A stretch of 52,581 nt of DNA from Hyphomicrobiales bacterium (GTDB lineage: Bacteria; Pseudomonadota; Alphaproteobacteria; Rhizobiales; Hyphomicrobiaceae), in NCBI GenBank assembly GCA_031419415.1, contig JANOKV010000503.1:1-52581 (forward strand), written 5' to 3'. The notes under the pieces are model-generated. The model was not told the origin of the DNA. It saw only the letters and a list, made by a program, of their open reading frames with translations, and did no database searches. The position numbers and the translations under genes were made by a program. This document shows, in pieces, positions 17,222 to 27,072 of the stretch (its first letter is position 1; the number at the start of each line of letters is the position of its first letter).

Positions 17222-19360
17222 CTACCCCACTCGAAACCCGATCACGCCGACGACCGTGTCGCCTTCTTCCGCCTCCAGCTCGCTACGCGCCAGCGCCACC
17301 GCCTGATCGAGCGACTCGACGCCGGAGAGGTCGACGAGGTGGCCGCCGAAATGGATCAGAAGACCCGGCGACGCATGACCCGTGCCTGAACCACCGGCGG
17401 TTTCCTTCCAGACTTCGCAGATCGCCTGCTGAGCCTCGGCCGCCGTCGTCGTGCGCACGAGCGCGCGGCTGCGTTGCATGCGGATGGCGCCTTCCCGGTC
17501 AACGACACGCACAGCGCCAAAGCCGTCGGGGGTACTGCGATAGGTGCGCAGGCCTGCGGTTTCTGCCGCCAAATGCAATGCCTCGGCGCTGAGGCTCATC
17601 GAGCGCGCGGCGATGGCTCGGGCTTCCCGTTCGGGGATCGACCCGCCCGGATCCTTCACGTGCATCTCCGCCGCCCCCATGGCGATGGCGCGCACACGGT
17701 GGGTCAATCGATCGACTTCGACGGTCACTTCGACGCCAGCGGGGTCCGCGCCGAGCCGCACCACCGCCTCGAGCGCCTCGCGTCGGATCGCCTGCAAATC
17801 CTCGGGTTTGGGGTGCGGAATAATGCGCTCGACGACATCGCGCACCAGTGCCAGCGCAACACCAATCGAGGAAATGACCTCCGCGTCCTTGGAAATCTCG
17901 TGCTTCAGGCCTGCGCGCTCCGACATTCGCGGGATCAGCGCTCCGGCGCCGCCGCCTTCACCGATCAGCAGGCATTGGTCGGAATCGAGCTGGTATTCAG
18001 CGATCAGTCCCTGGATGACGGGAATGACCTTGTCGGTGGCGCAATCGAGAACGGCGCGCGCCGCATCCTCGATGGTCGTCCCCAAAAACGCTGCGAGTGC
18101 CGCAAACGCGCGCCGCGCCGCTTCGGGGTTGCCGTGTGCGTGCAGGCCAGGTGCAGTGTAGCCCAGCACATTCGCCGCACAAGTGGTCGTCAGCGCGTAC
18201 CGAGCGCCGCTGGCGACACGCACTGACACGTAGTCCCCGCCATCTCCTGGCTTTGGTTCGAACTGCTCGATTTGGGGATCGACGATATCGGCCGCGTCGG
18301 CGAACGCCGCGTAGGCGAGCCCAGCGATATGTGCACTGCGCGGACCCACATCGATCAGCCGCCCTCGCGCGGCGCGCACCAGGCTCCCACCCGCGATGCC
18401 GATAACGCGAACGTCGAGCGAGCTGACATAGGTCTCATGGCCGCCGACGCGCGCATAGGTGATTGTCGGGCGACCATTGCGCACGACGCCGACGTTTGTG
18501 GAGGTGCCACCCACCTCGCAGTAGATGCCGTCCGACACGCGCAGATGCATCAGCGCACCTGCCACGCTGGCCGCCGGCCCTGACAGCATCGTCATGGCGG
18601 GACGCCGGCGCATCTCGCGAATGTCCATGACGCCGCCGTCGCCGCGCATGATCATCAGCGGGGCGGCAATGCCGGCCTCGCGGACGCTCGCCTCCGTCAA
18701 CGTCGCCGTCTCGTTCATGCGCGGCAGGATCGAGGCATTCAGCACCGCCGTGCGCGTACGCGTGGTGAGGCCGTAGAGGCGCGTGATCTCGTGCCCACAG
18801 GTGGTCAACAGGCCAGCTTCCGCGCCCAGTCGGCGCGCGACTTCTTCGTTGCCCGTGTCATCCACGCCGAACGCCGCCGAGGCGACCAGCACGACGGCGC
18901 CCTCCGCCTTCAAGCCGGCGATGGCCGAGCGCATGTCGTCCTCGCTCATCGCATCGGTCACGAGAAAGCGATTGGCGGCACTGAGCATACGTCCTGGCGA
19001 CAGCTCGATCGGGTCGATGCGCACCTGCGGCTCGGCCAATTTCGCCGCGTTGAGCCCCGCCATACCGAGCACCCCTACCTTGGCCACGTCGCCCTCGAGC
19101 AACGCGTTGGTCGCCTGGGTCGTGCTGTGCGCGATGAACACGACTTCCTCGGGCGCCACGCCGGATTGGGCGAGCACGGTGCGGAATACTTCGACGACGC
19201 CACTGGCGACGCCACGCGCGTGGGCATGCGTTGTCGGCACCGAAAATCGGCCGATCACCGCGCGCGTGGCATTATCGATCAGCACCGCCTTGGTGAAAGT
19301 GCCGCCCACATCGATGCCGATGCGATAAGCGCGCAGCGACCCTTCCCCGTCCCTAGCCAT
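17222..19360 (-). CDS. hydantoinase/oxoprolinase A-type (HyuA-like) ATP-dependent hydrolase family protein
   Basis: 712 aa, ATG start. N-terminal '[18 protein letters not shown]' ASKHA-fold phosphate-1 motif, second '[13 protein letters not shown]' motif. Length fits HyuA/OplA-A subunits. Confidence 0.8.
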   Translation of the reverse strand: MARDGEGSLRAYRIGIDVGGTFTKAVLIDNATRAVIGRFSVPTTHAHARGVASGVVEVFRTVLAQSGVAPEEVVFIAHSTTQATNALLEGDVAKVGVLGMAGLNAAKLAEPQVRIDPIELSPGRMLSAANRFLVTDAMSEDDMRSAIAGLKAEGAVVLVASAAFGVDDTGNEEVARRLGAEAGLLTTCGHEITRLYGLTTRTRTAVLNASILPRMNETATLTEASVREAGIAAPLMIMRGDGGVMDIREMRRRPAMTMLSGPAASVAGALMHLRVSDGIYCEVGGTSTNVGVVRNGRPTITYARVGGHETYVSSLDVRVIGIAGGSLVRAARGRLIDVGPRSAHIAGLAYAAFADAADIVDPQIEQFEPKPGDGGDYVSVRVASGARYALTTTCAANVLGYTAPGLHAHGNPEAARRAFAALAAFLGTTIEDAARAVLDCATDKVIPVIQGLIAEYQLDSDQCLLIGEGGGAGALIPRMSERAGLKHEISKDAEVISSIGVALALVRDVVERIIPHPKPEDLQAIRREALEAVVRLGADPAGVEVTVEVDRLTHRVRAIAMGAAEMHVKDPGGSIPEREARAIAARSMSLSAEALHLAAETAGLRTYRSTPDGFGAVRVVDREGAIRMQRSRALVRTTTAAEAQQAICEVWKETAGGSGTGHASPGLLIHFGGHLVDLSGVESLDQAVALARSELEAEEGDTVVGVIGFRVG

Positions 19361-19610
19361 GGGCCGACCGTCGCTGCGCGCAGCGCCGCTCGACGACGCG
19401 TGTCGTCACCATGCTGTTTCGCCTCACCCGATTCCGCCTGAGGCCGTCAGCATAGGGGCCCAAGGCGGGCGATGCGACGGTGGCGCGTTGCCGCGCTGGA
19501 CGTGCCGATCCTGGCAATTCCCCCTCGGTTGCGGCTTGACGGCTCCCCATCTGGTGGACTTAAACAGGCGAACAATCGCAAGTGGCGGCGTCAGCCGGGA
19601 GAGACTGAGC

Positions 19611-20216
19611 ATGGACAAGTTCACGACGCTGACGGGCGTGGCCGCACCGATCAACATGATCAACGTCGATACGGATATGATCATCCCGAAGAATTACCTC
19701 AAAACCATCAAGCGCACGGGGCTGGGCCAGTTCCTGTTCGCCGAGATGCGCTATGACGAGCAAGCGCGCGAAAAGCCCGACTTCGTGTTGAACAAAGCGC
19801 CTTATCGCACGGCCAAGATCCTGGTCGCCGGTCAGAACTTCGGCTGCGGCTCGAGTCGGGAGCATGCGCCTTGGGCGCTCCTCGACTTCGGCATCAGTTG
19901 CGTGATCGCCCCGTCGTTCGCCGACATCTTCTTCAACAACACCTTCAAGAACGGCATTCTGCCGGTCCGTCTGCCCGAGGCGCGCGTCAATCAACTGCTG
20001 CGCTTCCTGCTCGAATTGCCAGGCGCCGAGATCACCGTCGATCTGCCTGCCCAAACCGTGCGCGGCCCGGACGGCCAAGTGGATCCGTTCGAGGTCGATC
20101 CCTTCCGTAAAAACTGCCTGATCAACGGCCTCGACGATATCGGGTTGACCCTGCAGAAAGAAGCCTCGATTTCGGCCTACGAAGCCAAGACGATGGCCGT
20201 GCGCCCCTGGCTCTGA
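19611..20216 (+). CDS. leuD: 3-isopropylmalate dehydratase small subunit
   Basis: ATG at 19611 (the listed ORF 19359 start is an upstream extension). '[14 protein letters not shown]...[10 protein letters not shown]', '[17 protein letters not shown]', '[17 protein letters not shown]'. 201 aa. Confidence 0.93.
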   Translation: MDKFTTLTGVAAPINMINVDTDMIIPKNYLKTIKRTGLGQFLFAEMRYDEQAREKPDFVLNKAPYRTAKILVAGQNFGCGSSREHAPWALLDFGISCVIAPSFADIFFNNTFKNGILPVRLPEARVNQLLRFLLELPGAEITVDLPAQTVRGPDGQVDPFEVDPFRKNCLINGLDDIGLTLQKEASISAYEAKTMAVRPWL

Positions 20217-20220
20217 GCCT

Positions 20221-21453
20221 TCACAAGAACATCGCCGTGTCGGGTTCGAGGCCCATCAAAACGCGGCCGATGGTGATGAAGTTCGACGGTCGACCCTGGG
20301 TCTGCTGTGACGCGCAATAGGCGTCTCGCAGGCGGTGCTCGAAGGGGTTGATGGGGAAAATTGCCGTCTGGCCCGCCGCACGATAGGCCTGCGTCGCAAT
20401 ATCGACGCCTTGATTGATCACCCACGTCGTGGCGAGTTTCAGGTCGGCACGCTGGCGCACGGTCATCTCGTGCGTCTGGTCGACTTCAGCCCAGATCTCG
20501 TCGAGCGTCGTATGCAGGTAGGCGCGGCAGGCGCGCAGACGCGCTTCCAGAACCGCCAGTTCCGATTGGAATACGGGACTGTCGAGCAACGACGAGGCGG
20601 CCCCGCGTGGCGATTTGGTCAGCGCCAGCTTGGCCAGGTCCGACACCATGCCCTGGGCAATGCCGAGCATCAGGGCGCTGAATCCTGCCGCATAGGCCTG
20701 CGTCGTCGGAAAGTGGAACAGCGTGCCGGTTTCGACCAACTCGGTGAAATTCTCCCGATCGATTGTCTCCTCTTGCGGCACGAACAGGTCCGTGACCTCG
20801 TAGGTGTAGCTGGCGGTGCCGCGCAACCCCAGCGTGTGCCACATGTCGTGGACGGTCGCCTTCGACTTGGCAAACAACGGTGTCCGGTCGAGCGGCCGAC
20901 CATCGGGGCGACGGCGCTGCGTCTTACCGTCCTTCTCATAGACCCAGGAGTGCGCCCCGAGCAGGGTTGCATTGGCGCAGCCACTGGCGAACGTCCACTT
21001 GCCCGACACGCGATAGCCGCCATCGACCTCTATGGCCTTGCCCTGAACGCCGGCACCCCAGGCGAGCACGGCATCAGCCGGCCCGAACAGGCGCTTGGCC
21101 ACATCCTTGCGCAAGAAAGCCGACGACATAGCGCATCCCGCGCCCTGCCCCATGCACCAGGCGACGCTCGCATCGGCGCTGGCGATCGTCTCCATGACCT
21201 GAGCGTGGACCTTGAGCGGCAACTCGTCTCCGTCCAGCGTGCGAGGTAGCAACAGCCGGAACAACCGCGCTTCGTGGAGTCGCTCGAGAACATCGGACGG
21301 AATGGAGCGCGCGGCCTCGATGCGCGGCGCTTCGGCGCGAAGCAGCGCGGTGACGCCCCGCGCCCGTTCGAGTGCGGCGGCGCCCGAACCCGTCGATACC
21401 TCCGCGATTTCCGCTGTCGCGCCCTTGCTGCCCATGCCCGCCGCTCTCCCCAT
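20221..21453 (-). CDS. acyl-CoA dehydrogenase-fold flavoprotein (flavin-dependent monooxygenase-like)
   Basis: The 542-aa ORF has an Arg/Gly-rich N-terminus overlapping the divergent NUDIX region. ATG at 21453 or 21435 gives ~405-411 aa, starting near 'AAALERARGVTALLRAEAPRIEAARSIP..LFRLLLPR' and continuing to a C-terminal helical domain. Confidence 0.75.
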   Translation of the reverse strand: MGRAAGMGSKGATAEIAEVSTGSGAAALERARGVTALLRAEAPRIEAARSIPSDVLERLHEARLFRLLLPRTLDGDELPLKVHAQVMETIASADASVAWCMGQGAGCAMSSAFLRKDVAKRLFGPADAVLAWGAGVQGKAIEVDGGYRVSGKWTFASGCANATLLGAHSWVYEKDGKTQRRRPDGRPLDRTPLFAKSKATVHDMWHTLGLRGTASYTYEVTDLFVPQEETIDRENFTELVETGTLFHFPTTQAYAAGFSALMLGIAQGMVSDLAKLALTKSPRGAASSLLDSPVFQSELAVLEARLRACRAYLHTTLDEIWAEVDQTHEMTVRQRADLKLATTWVINQGVDIATQAYRAAGQTAIFPINPFEHRLRDAYCASQQTQGRPSNFITIGRVLMGLEPDTAMFL

Positions 21454-21573
21454 TCGCCTGGACGCGAGCTTAGCTCCAAAAGGGGGCGTCTTGCCAATCC
21501 CTTGCCGCACCGTGCCCCAAACTCTGGATGCCTCGATTGCCAAGCGCGCGGTGGCGCGCCATATCATGGCGCC

Positions 21574-22251
21574 ATGGAGACATCCGACGACATGCGCGAT
21601 TCCCTGTTTACGGCCTCCGCCTTTCGAGAACGCGCCTCGCGGGGGCTTGCGACCGAGCCCTCTGATGCCGTTTTCGATCCGCGCACCGGCAAAGCCTGGG
21701 GGCGTGGCGATTGGGATCTCAATCCTGAGCTCCTGGCTGACTTCGAGGCCATGCTGCCGCCCCGCCCAGCAGCCGTCCTGGTGCCGATCATCGAGCGCGA
21801 CGAGGTGACGGTACTCCTGACCCAGCGCCCAGACACGATGCGCAGTCATGCGGGCCAGATCTCCTTTCCCGGCGGCAAGATCGAGCCTGATGACACTGAT
21901 GCGGTAGCCGCCGCCTTACGCGAAGCCCAAGAGGAAATCGGCCTCGACCGCCAGTTCGTCGAACCTCTGGGCTTTTTGGACGGCTATCGCACCGGTACAG
22001 GGTTCAGCGTCATTCCCGTTGTGGCCCTGGTGCGTCCTGATTTCCAGCTCACGCTCGACCCCAACGAAGTTTCGGACGCTTTCGAGGTGCCGCTGCGCTT
22101 CTTGATGGACGAAGCCAACCATCATAAACACGCACGACCCTGGCGCGGCCGGGATCGGCACTACTACGCCATGCCCTATGGCGAGCGCTACATCTGGGGG
22201 GCGACAGCGGGCATGATCAAGAACCTCCATCAGAGGCTCTGGCAACTATGA
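21574..22251 (+). CDS. NUDIX hydrolase, CoA pyrophosphatase type
   Basis: ATG at 21574. Nudix box 'GGKIEPDDTDAVAAALREAQEEIGL' preceded by 'AAVLVPI...LLTQRPDTMRSHAGQISFPGG', typical of NudL/CoA pyrophosphatases. Confidence 0.85.
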   Translation: METSDDMRDSLFTASAFRERASRGLATEPSDAVFDPRTGKAWGRGDWDLNPELLADFEAMLPPRPAAVLVPIIERDEVTVLLTQRPDTMRSHAGQISFPGGKIEPDDTDAVAAALREAQEEIGLDRQFVEPLGFLDGYRTGTGFSVIPVVALVRPDFQLTLDPNEVSDAFEVPLRFLMDEANHHKHARPWRGRDRHYYAMPYGERYIWGATAGMIKNLHQRLWQL

Positions 22252-22508
22252 TCCGCATCGTTATCGAGAACGTCGTCCTCTTCTTTCTACCCGCTGCCCT
22301 CTACGTCGCCTACGTCATGATCGCCCGCGGCGCCTCTCGCCAATCAGCGCTGGATTCGGCGCCAATCCTGTGGCTGCTGATTGCGGGAACAGCCATGGTC
22401 ATCGTGTTCCTCGTCAGTTTCGGCTCGACGACGGGTGGCAAGCCCGGCCAGTCCTACATTCCACCGTCTTATAAGGATGGAAAGATCAGTCCGGGACGGT
22501 TCGAGTAG
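22248..22508 (+). CDS. small two-TM membrane protein, function unknown
   Basis: 86 aa. Its ATG overlaps the NUDIX stop (ATGA). Two hydrophobic helices and coding-like GC3 usage. Confidence 0.6.
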   Translation: MIRIVIENVVLFFLPAALYVAYVMIARGASRQSALDSAPILWLLIAGTAMVIVFLVSFGSTTGGKPGQSYIPPSYKDGKISPGRFE

Positions 22509-22601
22509 TGATGTAACGGGGTATTGGCGCGCACCGGCCCGCGCCGACAGTATCAATTCCGCGACCCCGCCGATGGTCCCGATGCACGAGGCTCGCCTGC
22601 G

Positions 22602-23864
22602 ATGAGCTCCAGTGGTCCTCTGCCGAGCGCCTCCCCCACCGTCGCTGGCGCGCCTTGGCTCGTGCGGAATTCTACCCGCGCCGTGTTCGACGCCCTCGCC
22701 CAGGCTGGATGGCCCGCTCGCGCCGTGGGCGGCGCGGTTCGCAACACGCTGCTCGCCCGGGCCGTAGCCGACGTCGACATCGCAACATCCGCCACGCCCG
22801 ACGAGGTGATTGCTGCCTGCGCCACCGCCGGGCTGAAGTCTTTCGCCACCGGGATCGCGCACGGCACCGTCACTGTCGTCTCTGAAGGCCACTCCTACGA
22901 GGTGACGACATTAAGACGCGATGTGTCGACCGACGGTCGCCGCGCCACGGTCGCGTTCACCGATGACTGGACGCTCGACGCCCAGCGTCGGGATTTCACC
23001 ATGAATGCACTCTATTGCGACGCCGACGGCACGCTCTACGATCCCCTCGGGGGGTACGCCGACCTGATGGCCCGCCGCGTGCGTTTCATCGGAGACGCCG
23101 ACAGGCGCATCGCGGAAGATTATCTGCGGATCTTGCGGTTCTTTCGCTTTCGCGCCGAGCTGGGGATCGGCGATGCCGATCCCGCCGATCTGGCCGCGTG
23201 CATAGGCGGCCGACAGGGCCTGGTACACCTGTCCGCCGAGCGGGTCCGCGCTGAGATGGTGCGCCTTCTCGTGGCCGAACGGGCCGTCGATGCGATCGGC
23301 GCCATGATGGACTGCGGGTTGTTGCCCATCGTGCTCGGTGTGCCGCCGCGCCCGGGCATACTCGCCGCCCTCGTTGCCGCCGAAGCGACTGCCGGTGAGG
23401 CTGCGTCCGCAATGCTGCGCCTCTCCGCGCTGGCCGTGGCCGTCGATGAAGATATCGAACGTATTTCAACCCGCTGGCGCTTGTCGCGAGCCGAGAGCCA
23501 AACGCTCCTCGTGATCGACAACCGGCTCTCCAGGATGTTTATAAATATCGATCCGAAAGCAGCTCGACGGCTTCTTTATCGGCTGGGAGCGATGCGTTGG
23601 CGTCAGTCGTCTTTGGCGCTTTTGGCCATCGCGCGCACGCCCCTGGAGCGCACCATTGCCACCACGCTCATCGACCTCCCGATCCGGTGGGCACCGCCCG
23701 AATTTCCCCTCCGAGGAGCCGACATACTCGCTGCTGGCCTGACGCCCGGACCCCGGGTTGGCAACATCCTGGCACGCATAAAAGACTGGTGGATCGACGC
23801 CGATTTTCCGTCCGACCTCGACGTTCGCGCCAAGCTCGCCGAGATCATGAGGGAACCCGATTGA
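22602..23864 (+). CDS. cca: CCA-adding tRNA nucleotidyltransferase / poly(A) polymerase family protein
   Basis: ATG at 22602 (ORF opens at 22524). 'ARAVGGAVRNTLL...DVDIAT', 'GIAHGTVTV', 'TLRRDVSTDGRRA', 'RRDFTMNALY', 'EDYLRILRFFRF'. Confidence 0.88.
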   Translation: MSSSGPLPSASPTVAGAPWLVRNSTRAVFDALAQAGWPARAVGGAVRNTLLARAVADVDIATSATPDEVIAACATAGLKSFATGIAHGTVTVVSEGHSYEVTTLRRDVSTDGRRATVAFTDDWTLDAQRRDFTMNALYCDADGTLYDPLGGYADLMARRVRFIGDADRRIAEDYLRILRFFRFRAELGIGDADPADLAACIGGRQGLVHLSAERVRAEMVRLLVAERAVDAIGAMMDCGLLPIVLGVPPRPGILAALVAAEATAGEAASAMLRLSALAVAVDEDIERISTRWRLSRAESQTLLVIDNRLSRMFINIDPKAARRLLYRLGAMRWRQSSLALLAIARTPLERTIATTLIDLPIRWAPPEFPLRGADILAAGLTPGPRVGNILARIKDWWIDADFPSDLDVRAKLAEIMREPD

Positions 23865-23979
23865 AGCCTCGTGTCGGCGATCGTCATCGAAGACGGCAAC
23901 GAACTTGCACTTTTAATTCGACCGCGACCCGGTATGATCTCGGCGTCAGGACACGCGATCGCGCGCCGCGCCGGCAAAC

Positions 23980-24074
23980 GGAGGAGAATCGTCCCCGGTG
24001 GGGCGTCCGGACTTCAAATCCGGGGAGGGTTGCAAGACAGCTCTCGGTGGGTTCGACTCCTGCCTCCTCCGCCA
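23980..24074 (+). tRNA. selC: tRNA-Sec (selenocysteine, anticodon UCA)
   Basis: 95 nt. Acceptor GGAGGAG/CTCCTCC, G73 and encoded CCA. 6-bp D stem CGTCCC/GGGGCG with 4-nt loop CGGT. Anticodon stem CCGGA/TCCGG, loop CT-TCA-AA. 8-bp variable-arm stem GAGGGTTG/CAGCTCTC. T arm GGTTCGACTCC. Block-by-block similar to E. coli selC as I recall it. Confidence 0.9.
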
Positions 24075-24444
24075 ATATTAGGCCTCAACCAACTGTTTCA
24101 ACTCGATATTTTACCGATGTCTCCGTCGCCCCCCTAGCCCGAGCCGTGTTCGATGTTTGCCTGGGGGCAACCGGCTCAATGCCGCTTCGCATCGGAGGGT
24201 ATCGGCATCGACTTTAGTCGAGAGCCGGCAGCCGTGCGTACCGGCACGATGACGTGACCCTTCATCGGTGCGTCCGACACCCAAGTCGATTCCTGTGGCA
24301 CGTTCAGGGACGCATAGAAGTCTCGAGCACCCCGCTCACAAAATCCAGTCGCAGGGGCGGATCGATATTGCACGCCGATTGACACACCTGCACGATTGCC
24401 GCACTTCAACATCCGACTTGAGCGGGCCAAGCACAGAAGGGGCG

Positions 24445-25608
24445 ATGATCATGGCAACTCCAATGTCACCGGTTGCGGAATTGATCGCCAATGCCAGTGA
24501 GCCGTTCGAACGGGCGCATGCCATGCCGCCGAGCGTCTACACGAGTCCGACGTTTCTCGAAAAGGAGTTGGAGCACGTCTTCGCCAAGGAATGGGTGGCG
24601 CTCGGCCGGGCCAGCTCTCTGAGGAAACCGGGCGACTATCTGACCTATGACCTCGCCGGCCAGCCGATCTTCGTCATCCGCGACAACGACGGCAGCCTTC
24701 GCGCCATGTCGAACGTCTGCCGCCATCGCATGTCGACGTTGCTCGAGGGATCTGGCAATCGGCGCGCCATCACATGCCCCTATCACGCTTGGACATATAA
24801 CCTCGATGGGACGCTGCGCGGCGCACCGGCCATGGAACTCAACGAGGGGTTTTGCAAAGAGCACTACAAACTGCCCGAGGTACGCTGCGAGGAATGGCTC
24901 GGCTGGATCATGGTGACGCTCGACCCGGATATCGAGCCTGTGGCGACGCGGCTTGCCGAGGTTCGAGGCCTCATAGATGACTTCGGCATGGAGAACTATA
25001 CTGAGACGTTCCGGGAGACCCACATCTGGGACACCAACTGGAAGATACTCGCCGAGAATTTCATGGAGAGCTACCACTTGCCGATATGCCACGCCGGCAC
25101 CATCGGCAAACTCTCCAAGCTCGACGAGATGGTCTGCCCGCCCGGGCTCGCCGCATTCAACTACCACACCATTTTGAAGGACGACACGTTGAAGATCGCA
25201 CTGGCGCACCCCTCGAATACACGCATGACGGGCGATCGACGACGCACCACGTTCCTGCTTGCCGTCTATCCCAGTCTGCTCGTGACGCTGACGCCAGGCT
25301 ATTTCTGGTACCTGTCGCTGCACCCTCAAGGCGTCGGCCGTGTGCACATGATATTCGGAGGCGGTCTGGCACCCGAGTTTGCCAACTCGGACGAAGCGCA
25401 AAGTCACTTCGCCCACCTGAAAACACTGCTCGACAAAGTGAATGTGGAAGACCGCGGCTGCACCGAGAAGGTCTTCCGCGGTGTATCCGCAGCAGCCTCC
25501 CGTCCAGGGCACCTCAGCCATCTAGAGCGTCCGAACTACGATTTCGCCCAGTATCTCGCCGACAAAACAGGTGGCTTTCAGCGTGCGTTCGGCGCGGCCC
25601 ATGATTGA
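24445..25608 (+). CDS. Rieske [2Fe-2S] non-haem-iron oxygenase, alpha-subunit type
   Basis: ATG at 24445 after GAAGGGG (ORF opens at 24268). Rieske motif 'CRHRMSTLL...ITCPYHAWTY'. Mononuclear-iron region 'NWKILAENFMESYHLPICH'. Confidence 0.85.
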   Translation: MIMATPMSPVAELIANASEPFERAHAMPPSVYTSPTFLEKELEHVFAKEWVALGRASSLRKPGDYLTYDLAGQPIFVIRDNDGSLRAMSNVCRHRMSTLLEGSGNRRAITCPYHAWTYNLDGTLRGAPAMELNEGFCKEHYKLPEVRCEEWLGWIMVTLDPDIEPVATRLAEVRGLIDDFGMENYTETFRETHIWDTNWKILAENFMESYHLPICHAGTIGKLSKLDEMVCPPGLAAFNYHTILKDDTLKIALAHPSNTRMTGDRRRTTFLLAVYPSLLVTLTPGYFWYLSLHPQGVGRVHMIFGGGLAPEFANSDEAQSHFAHLKTLLDKVNVEDRGCTEKVFRGVSAAASRPGHLSHLERPNYDFAQYLADKTGGFQRAFGAAHD

Positions 25609-27031
25609 GCCGATCGCACCGCCCTTGGCCCAGCGAGATATCGATGCCCTGCGTGCGATCGTCGGTGCGTCAGGGCTGTTAAGGGGGAGCGATCTCGTCG
25701 GGCTGGACCCGGGTTGGGCGCCGGATAATTTCGGAGCGGGGATCATCGTCTCGCCGGCTTCGACCGAGGAGGTGGCGCGCGTCGTACAGCACTGCGCCGC
25801 ACGCCGTATCGGCATCGTCCCCCATGGCGGGAAAACCGGTCTAGTCGGCGGGGGCATCTCACACCCGGGCGAGATCGTGATCTCGCTCGCACGCCTGACC
25901 ACCATCGACGCCATCGACGGCCGCGAGCGAGTTGCCATCGTCGGCGCCGGCGTCGTTCTGGAGGCCTTGCAGCGCGCGGCTGCCGAGCACGGTCTGGAGC
26001 CCGGGATCGACCTGGCCGCACGGGGCTCGGCCACCGTCGGTGGCATGGTTTCGACGAATGCCGGTGGCGTCATGGCGTTTCGCAACGGCGTCATGCGGCA
26101 CCGCGTGCTCGGCCTCGAAGTCGTGCTACCCGATGGCACGGTTCTGGCCGACCTCACGCGCGTCGTAAAGACAACAGCGGGCTACGATCTGAAGCACCTC
26201 TTCATCGGCGCTGAGGGAACACTCGGCATTGTCACGCGCGTCGCCATCAAGCTCGATCCGATGCCGAAGGTGACAGCAACGGTCATGCTGGCGTTGCCTT
26301 CGGTCACGGTGGCGCTCGACATCATCGATCGAGCTCTGCGTATGGGGGCTGGCCAATTGCGCGCCGCCGAGGTCCTCTGGCAGCGCTATCTGGAGCTCAC
26401 CTCCGCCGCGTCCGGCTGGAAGGATGCGGCAATTGATCGATCTCAACCGCTCTTCCTCCTTCTCGGCGTTGGTGGCGAGCGACAAGATGCGTTGCAAGAG
26501 GAATTGCTCCGAGTTCTGACGACAGCATCTCAGGATATTCCCGGAGTGACAGGCATCCTTGCCGCGTCGGTGAAGCAGGAGCGCGACCTGTGGTTCCTTC
26601 GCGAGGCAACCGAAGAGATATACAAGGCGCATGGACCAGCGCCATCTTTCGACGTCTCGGTGCCGCCGAACCGAATCGAGGACTATTTGTTGGGCGTGCG
26701 GGCAGGCCTCGCCAAACTAGATGCCAACCTCGATCCCTATGTCTTCGGTCATCTCGCCGATGGCAATTTGCACATCGTCCTCGATTGCTCAGGACCGCTA
26801 CCGCCGGAGAAACAAAAGTTCGTCGAAGGCGTGCTCTACACCGGCCTCCACGCCATGGGCGGCTCGTTTGCCGCCGAACATGGCGTTGGCTCCAAACGGA
26901 TCGGGGCTCTGCTTTCAACCGTGGGATCCGCAAAACTCGATCTGATGCGGACGGTGAAAGCGGCACTTGATCCCAACGGTCTCATGAACCCGGGGAAGGT
27001 ACTGCCCACTCCGACCACGCTCGCCCCATGA
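25601..27031 (+). CDS. FAD-binding oxidoreductase (GlcD / D-2-hydroxyacid dehydrogenase family)
   Basis: ATG at 25601 overlaps the Rieske stop (ATGATTGA). 'VPHGGKTGLVGG', 'STNAGG', 'GYDLKHLFIGAEGTLGIVT', C-terminal 'AEHGVG', 'DPNGLMNPGKV'. Confidence 0.85.
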   Translation: MIEPIAPPLAQRDIDALRAIVGASGLLRGSDLVGLDPGWAPDNFGAGIIVSPASTEEVARVVQHCAARRIGIVPHGGKTGLVGGGISHPGEIVISLARLTTIDAIDGRERVAIVGAGVVLEALQRAAAEHGLEPGIDLAARGSATVGGMVSTNAGGVMAFRNGVMRHRVLGLEVVLPDGTVLADLTRVVKTTAGYDLKHLFIGAEGTLGIVTRVAIKLDPMPKVTATVMLALPSVTVALDIIDRALRMGAGQLRAAEVLWQRYLELTSAASGWKDAAIDRSQPLFLLLGVGGERQDALQEELLRVLTTASQDIPGVTGILAASVKQERDLWFLREATEEIYKAHGPAPSFDVSVPPNRIEDYLLGVRAGLAKLDANLDPYVFGHLADGNLHIVLDCSGPLPPEKQKFVEGVLYTGLHAMGGSFAAEHGVGSKRIGALLSTVGSAKLDLMRTVKAALDPNGLMNPGKVLPTPTTLAP

Positions 27032-27072
27032 AGCCGTCATGAGCCGCAGCATCCAGCTCCCGGCGACGCAGT

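Noticed and set aside
20221-21849. Full 542-aa version of the acyl-CoA-dehydrogenase-fold ORF, and the 325-aa version of the NUDIX ORF (21274-22251)
   Set aside because: The two long versions overlap each other head-to-head across 21274-21849. Family similarity starts only after the internal ATGs (21453/21435 and 21574), which leaves a normal ~120-nt divergent promoter region.
24208-24221. 14-bp perfect palindrome TCGACTTTAGTCGA in the 370-nt gap after selC, as a possible operator
   Set aside because: It lies about 225 nt from the Rieske start, with no adjacent regulator and no second copy noticed. A single short palindrome in 52 kb is not significant on its own.
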